Assembly: GCF_009914755.1 (NCBI RefSeq)
Contig: NC_060940.1
Strand: one strand, 5' to 3'
DNA from: the human T2T-CHM13v2.0 reference genome, Homo sapiens
Length of the DNA stretch: 64,000 nt
Part shown: positions 55,990-64,000 of the stretch, piece after piece
How the letters are laid out: each line of letters begins with the position of its first letter
How positions within the stretch are numbered: the first letter of the stretch is position 1
Position numbers and translations under genes: made by a program
Notes under the pieces: model-generated
Seen by the model: the letters and a program-made list of their open reading frames with translations, nothing else
Databases searched by the model: none
What the model was told of the DNA's origin: nothing

Positions 55990-56752
55990 TAGGTGAGACT
56001 GCTGAAGGAGGCCCCTGCTCCCTGTGGGTGGGGCAGCTCCCTGCCAGATTTTTGGGTAATGATCCTGCACTGGAGAGGGAGGGCGTGGGGGCCAGGGGCA
56101 CCCCAGGATGACTCAAACCCTCACCAGGCACTGTCTGAGCCAGCGCAGGCACACACTGACTAATGCCTTCTGAAGGCCTCATTCATTTCCAAAACACGGT
56201 AGAACTGCTTCCAGCCAAAGCTCGCCAGAGAGGGAGGGGGCACTCCAAAGACAGCAAAGCCAGTGTCCCACCTCCGGCCAGGCCAGCTGAACCTGCACAT
56301 CGCGGGTCCATCTGGAGCTGCCCACACCCCAGGGCCAGAGAGCCTGACTCAGGAGTCCCGGCCAGCAGGCAGGCAGGGTTCTTGGCCGGCTCCACTTCCA
56401 TCTCCCCCAGGTGACTGAGAGAAAACACTGAGTGAGGCCCAGGCCCCACGCCCCATCCCCAGACACAGAATCAGTGTGGGGTATGGCCCGGGCTTCAGCA
56501 TCTTTCAAATTAAGAGACTTTATTTGGGGCCAGTTTTAGGTTTAAGGAAAGTACCATACAGACAGACAGTCAGTCATCACTATTCTTTAAAAGTTTCATA
56601 GAAGACTGACACGGGGCCTGGGTGAGCACCCCTGGGCTACCTCCCCATCCTCCCCAAGGAGGCCAAAAGCAAGAAGAACAGTGATCCCTCCCCCAGATCC
56701 CCCACGCGGATAGCAATCGAGAAGGCAGAACCCAGGCCCCCTGACCAATGCC

Positions 56753-56928
56753 CAGGGGGCAGCAAACCACATGTGCCACAGAATCGGGCTCAACACCTGT
56801 TTAGGTACAGCCCATGAACTCAGGAGGGCTTTTACATTTAATGGCTGGAAAAATACCAGAAGAAGAAGATTTTGTGACATGAAAATATTTACCATCTGGT
56901 CATTTAAAGAAAAACATTGCCAACTCTG
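56753..56928. mobile_element. MER58B-like hAT-Charlie element, internally deleted
   Basis: Termini cagggggcagcaaac ... ttgccaactctg; aaaatatttaccatctggtcatttaaagaaaaa. Confidence 0.7.
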
Positions 56929-58416
56929 CCCAAGGAGCAGCTGCCATCTGAGAGGGGGGGCATTCCCTGCAGGGAGGACACCCGCTCCCACTCAGACACA
57001 AGAGGAAATGGAACGATCAGTGTGAACGGGACGTTTCAGAAGCTTTCCTGTTTCCCTCTCTAAGGCCTGTCAGCTCTAGACTCTGCCTCTGTGCCAGGCT
57101 GTCCTGCTTGTTTTCAAGGCACAGGAAGGAACACAGCCGGGCCCTGTTTACGGCCCATCTGACCCTGCACTGGGAGCAGGTCCCAGGCTGCCCAGTCCAC
57201 ACAGGGCTGACCACACTGAAGAGAGTTGCTCAAAACCTCTCCTCTCCAGCCTCAATGGTTTTCATTGATTCCTGTCTAGAAAATCTTCCCCAAGTTTCAC
57301 CACCTTTCTGTGCGACCGATCAAAACGCAGTCTGTCTGGGAGCCTCAGGCAGGCGGCTCTAGATCCCCAAAGCTAGCGCTGGGCGAGCTCCCACCTGGAG
57401 CGAGGCAAGGGCTCCGAAAGGGCTTTTACAATCAAAAGGCCCCACCTGCCGTGTCCATGGCGGACTCCCAATGCAAACCGTCCCACTTGTCCGTGGGTTA
57501 ATTCCATCCGACTGCTTCCCAGATCAATCACACGTGGGGAGCCCCCGGGCGGAGGGCGCGGACCCTGGGTCCCGGCTAGGCCAGGGTCGGGGAAGGGTAG
57601 GGGTGCCAGGCCGTGCAGCACCAAGCCACCCGGGTGTGCTTCGCGAAAGGGGCACCACTGCCCGGCAAGCAGGGAACACAGATGCCAGGACTGGGGACCC
57701 CTGCCCCGCCCTGACACCAGGCCACAGCCTCCGGGGGTGTCCCCTCCCCCAGACCAGGGCAGAGGCCGGCCCCCGCCCCTGCGAAACTGAGCCCAGTAGG
57801 GCAAGGGAGGACCAGGGAGGAACCCACACTATTTTTTTCCAAAGTGTGGGACCGCCTCAGTCCGGCAGAGGGGGGTGCAGCGGTGAGCGGGGCTGGGCCC
57901 TGGGCACGGACGTTCGTTGGGCTCGGGAAGCTCCAAATTAAACAGCTCCAGGCAGGAAGCCCGCCTTCTCCCAGATTGTCAGGAAGTCCTGATGCAACTT
58001 TGCGCTTTTTTTTTTAAACCCGAAAGAGAAAAAGAGATTCGTGCTCCCCCCACCACCGCCGCGGCCCTTCCCACCCGGGCAAACACCGCCTCGCCCGGCG
58101 GCCTCCTCTCCGCAGCGCCCCGGCGGAGACGCCAGCCGCGCTATGCCCGGCGCTCGCTCGACCGCCCCCGTGGGCACGCGGTGCCGTCTCCCCCAGCCGC
58201 CGCCGCCCTTCCAGCCCGGCCCTGGGACAGGAGCCCCGCCGCCGCCTGGCGCGCTCATGCTTCAGGAATGCGGGCGCCCGGGTCGCGCGTCCCTGGGAAT
58301 TTCCGCGCCCGCTCGCCCGCAGCCCTCGCCCCGGCCGGCGTCGTCCGGTGTCCAGGCCGTGGGGAGCCGAGACGCAGCCCCCTCCCGTCGCCCCCAGGCG
58401 CCCGCCCCCCACTCAC

Positions 58417-58480
58417 CCGCCAGCAGCGCGCAGGGCAGCAGCAGCCAGTACAGGACCGCGCCGAGCACGTGCGGCTCCAT
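58417..58480 (-). CDS. PIEZO1: PIEZO1 exon 1 coding part (c.1-64)
   Basis: cagccATGG start at 58480; MEPHVLGAVLYWLLLPCALLA; donor G|GTGAGT. Confidence 0.98.
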
Positions 58481-58527
58481 GGCTGGAGGGCCCAGGGCCC
58501 GGCCCAGACCGAGCGGACGCCGCGGCG

Positions 58528-58566
58528 CTATGGGGCGGTGCGGGGGCCCCGGGGCCGGCGCGCCAT
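58528..58566 (-). other. Upstream ORF in the PIEZO1 5' UTR (MARRPRGPRTAP*)
   Basis: gtcagccATGG...CCA TAG, 39 nt; the only AUG between the TATA box and the main start. Confidence 0.7.
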
Positions 58567-58756
58567 GGCTGACCCGCGGGGACCCGCGCGCCGCCTTCTC
58601 CTCTTCCTCCTTCTCCTTCGGCCGCCCCGCCGGTGCCGACGTCCCGGGCCCGCGCTCGCTCAGGCGACCGCCCTGCCCCTCGGCGGAGCGCAGCGCTCGG
58701 CTCACTGGGGCCGAGCTGGGCCGGACGGCGGCTCCCGCCCTCCTCCGCCCGCGGGC

Positions 58757-58765
58757 CTTTATAAG
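58757..58765 (-). promoter_or_regulatory. TATA box (CTTATAAAG); implies a TSS near 58730-58737
   Basis: An isolated AT-rich 7-mer in an extremely GC-rich stretch, flanked by GC boxes and oriented toward PIEZO1. Confidence 0.65.
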
Positions 58766-59654
58766 CTCGGCCCCCGCCCGCCCTCCCCGGCGTGCCCGCC
58801 TCCGCGCTTCCCCGACGGCCCGGCGCGCCCAGGCACCCCCTCCGCTGTCCCGCGCGGCCCGTCCCGCCTCCGGCCCGCCCTGGTGCGTTGGGGCCTGGAG
58901 ACCCCCGACTGGCGCTGGCCCGGAGCGGACCCCTCCCCTCCCGCAGTCTTGGCCCCGCGGCTCCGAGCGTGCGCGGCGGTGGGCAGGGGCGCTTCTCGCT
59001 GGGTGGGCTGCGGCTGGGGCCCGGGCGCTACATAAGGGGTCCCGGGGCCTCTGGCTCCCCCAGGCAGCGCCCCACGCGCAACTGCACCCCGCGTGCCCGA
59101 GCGACTTTCGCTTTGCTCCCCGAGGCGCGAGCACGCAGCGCCCCCTGGGGACCGTGGGGAGGCTCGGAGTTCCCGCGGCGGCCGGGCCTAGTGGTCCCGG
59201 AGGGAGCACGCGGGATGCTCGGGTCGCAGCAGTGCCGCGATCCGCGTTGGTCTGACGGGGGCTCGGGGGCTGCTCCCAGCCACGCCGGCCACCGCGCGCG
59301 GCTTTGCCCGGGTCGCTCTGGCGTGAGACGGTGAGAGTGAGAGCCACGGCCTGTGCACCTGCTGCCGCGGCGCCCTGCCACGGAGAGGTAGGGTCTGAGT
59401 CCAGGGTGTTCGGGACCCTCACCCAGGCCACGTCAGTTTGGCCTTCGTCTGCCCTTGAGATGGGCACAGAAAGAGGGCAAAGGGCTCTACACCGTTTAAT
59501 TGGGCTCAGTTCATGGCTCTCAAACTCAGCTGCGTAAGGCAGGGAGTGGGGCTGGGGGGACTGTGGCCACTGAGCCTCAAGGCACTGGCAACTCATGAGA
59601 GCCCAGCACAAGCCCACACCCTCCAGCTCAAAAAAAAAAAAAAAAAAAAAAAGA

Positions 59655-60691
<1,037 letters not shown>

Positions 60692-61408
60692 TCAGGCTTT
60701 GAAAAGTTGCTGCAGAGGTGGGGAAGTCTGGGAGCTTGCCCTGCAGATGGACTTGCAAAGGTAGAGGATGTATGTGTCCTAGAATTGTTCAAGCAGCAAA
60801 AAGCAGAAAAACTCTGCCCACAGAAGCTTGTCAAATAAATGATAGTGTGTCTCACAGTGGAGTGCTACACAGCAGGTAAAAAACAGAATCCGGCTAGGTG
60901 TTTTGTATCAACATGAAGCTAAGATACAATGGCACTCTGTAGCAGCGGTTAGAGAGAATCCCGCAATTGCTCTGTTATCAAGGAGGAACAATTGCTAAGT
61001 TACAGTGCTAACAATTGGGAAAAGCAAGCAGCTACACTCAGGGCCACGCTCACCCACTTGGGGTGGGAGGGAGACCTGGTCTTCACCTATACCCTTTGGT
61101 GCTGTTTTAATATTTTGCTTCATATATAATTCACTTATTCACAAAATAAAATTAGCAAAATGGAGACAAATACTCTGAAAAAGATCTCTGCTTGCCAGCC
61201 AGGGAGAGGTGGGGCGGGCAAGGGCAGGGGAGCCCACCTGTGCCCAGTTCACTGCCCGTTCAGGAATTTGGACCGTGTTCTAACTCAACCCCTGTTGCAG
61301 AAGAGGACGCTAAGGGCCAGAGCGGGATAACCATTTGCCAAAGGAATAGACCGGCCTTTGCACCCAGCTTTCCAGATTCCAAGTCCAAAGTCACTCCTGT
61401 CCCACTGA

Positions 61409-61781
<373 letters not shown>

Positions 61782-61948
61782 AGTGACTTAGTCTTGGGAG
61801 AGCAACAATGGTCAGGTCCCCTTGGGAGAGAGGAAAAGCCAGGGCAAGAGGGGTCACAGGGACTTTAAGCTTTATCATGCAGGTTGTAACTTTTTTCCCA
61901 ATGATAACATAGTCACCATTACTTGTCTATACTTAAAAATTAATTTCA

Positions 61949-63998
<2,050 letters not shown>

Positions 63999-64000
63999 TT

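Larger units (their letters stand above)
57480..59440. promoter_or_regulatory. CpG island over the PIEZO1 promoter, exon 1 and start of intron 1
   Basis: Very high GC and dense CpG with several CCGCCC GC boxes; boundaries judged by eye. Confidence 0.9.

Noticed and set aside
57917-59617. 372-451-aa ORFs on both strands at the promoter
   Set aside because: Stop depletion in a CpG island; low-complexity Arg/Pro/Ala/Gly with no recognisable domain.

Overview
This is human genomic DNA (GC-rich, Alu-dense), covering the 5' part of PIEZO1 (mechanosensitive cation channel, 16q24.3) on the minus strand. I placed coding exons 1-23 (c.1-3301, about residues 1-1100 of the N-terminal blade) at exact GT-AG boundaries, and they join into one continuous reading frame. 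Also present: a CpG-island promoter with a TATA box (~58760), a 35-kb intron 1, and ~5 kb of Alu/L1-rich upstream DNA. The haplotype reads T83, A250, L394 and G407, differing from the reference protein as I recall it, and the Glu run at 750-756 is intact. Non-coding DNA holds about 30 Alu copies or fragments, GC-drifted old L1M/L2/MLT/Tigger/MER58 remnants, and many minisatellites. No second protein-coding gene is supported; almost all listed ORFs are GC, repeat or Alu artefacts. I cannot claim a new biological system. The best leads are: (1) VNTRs built from copies of PIEZO1's own 3' splice sites (introns 21 and 11), part of a wider pattern of duplications next to acceptors; (2) a single uORF with strong Kozak context in the 5' UTR; (3) three in-frame, stop-free introns; (4) a ~110-bp non-Alu segment present twice in intron 1, 13 kb apart. 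Repeat-family calls and reference comparisons are from memory, not from searches.
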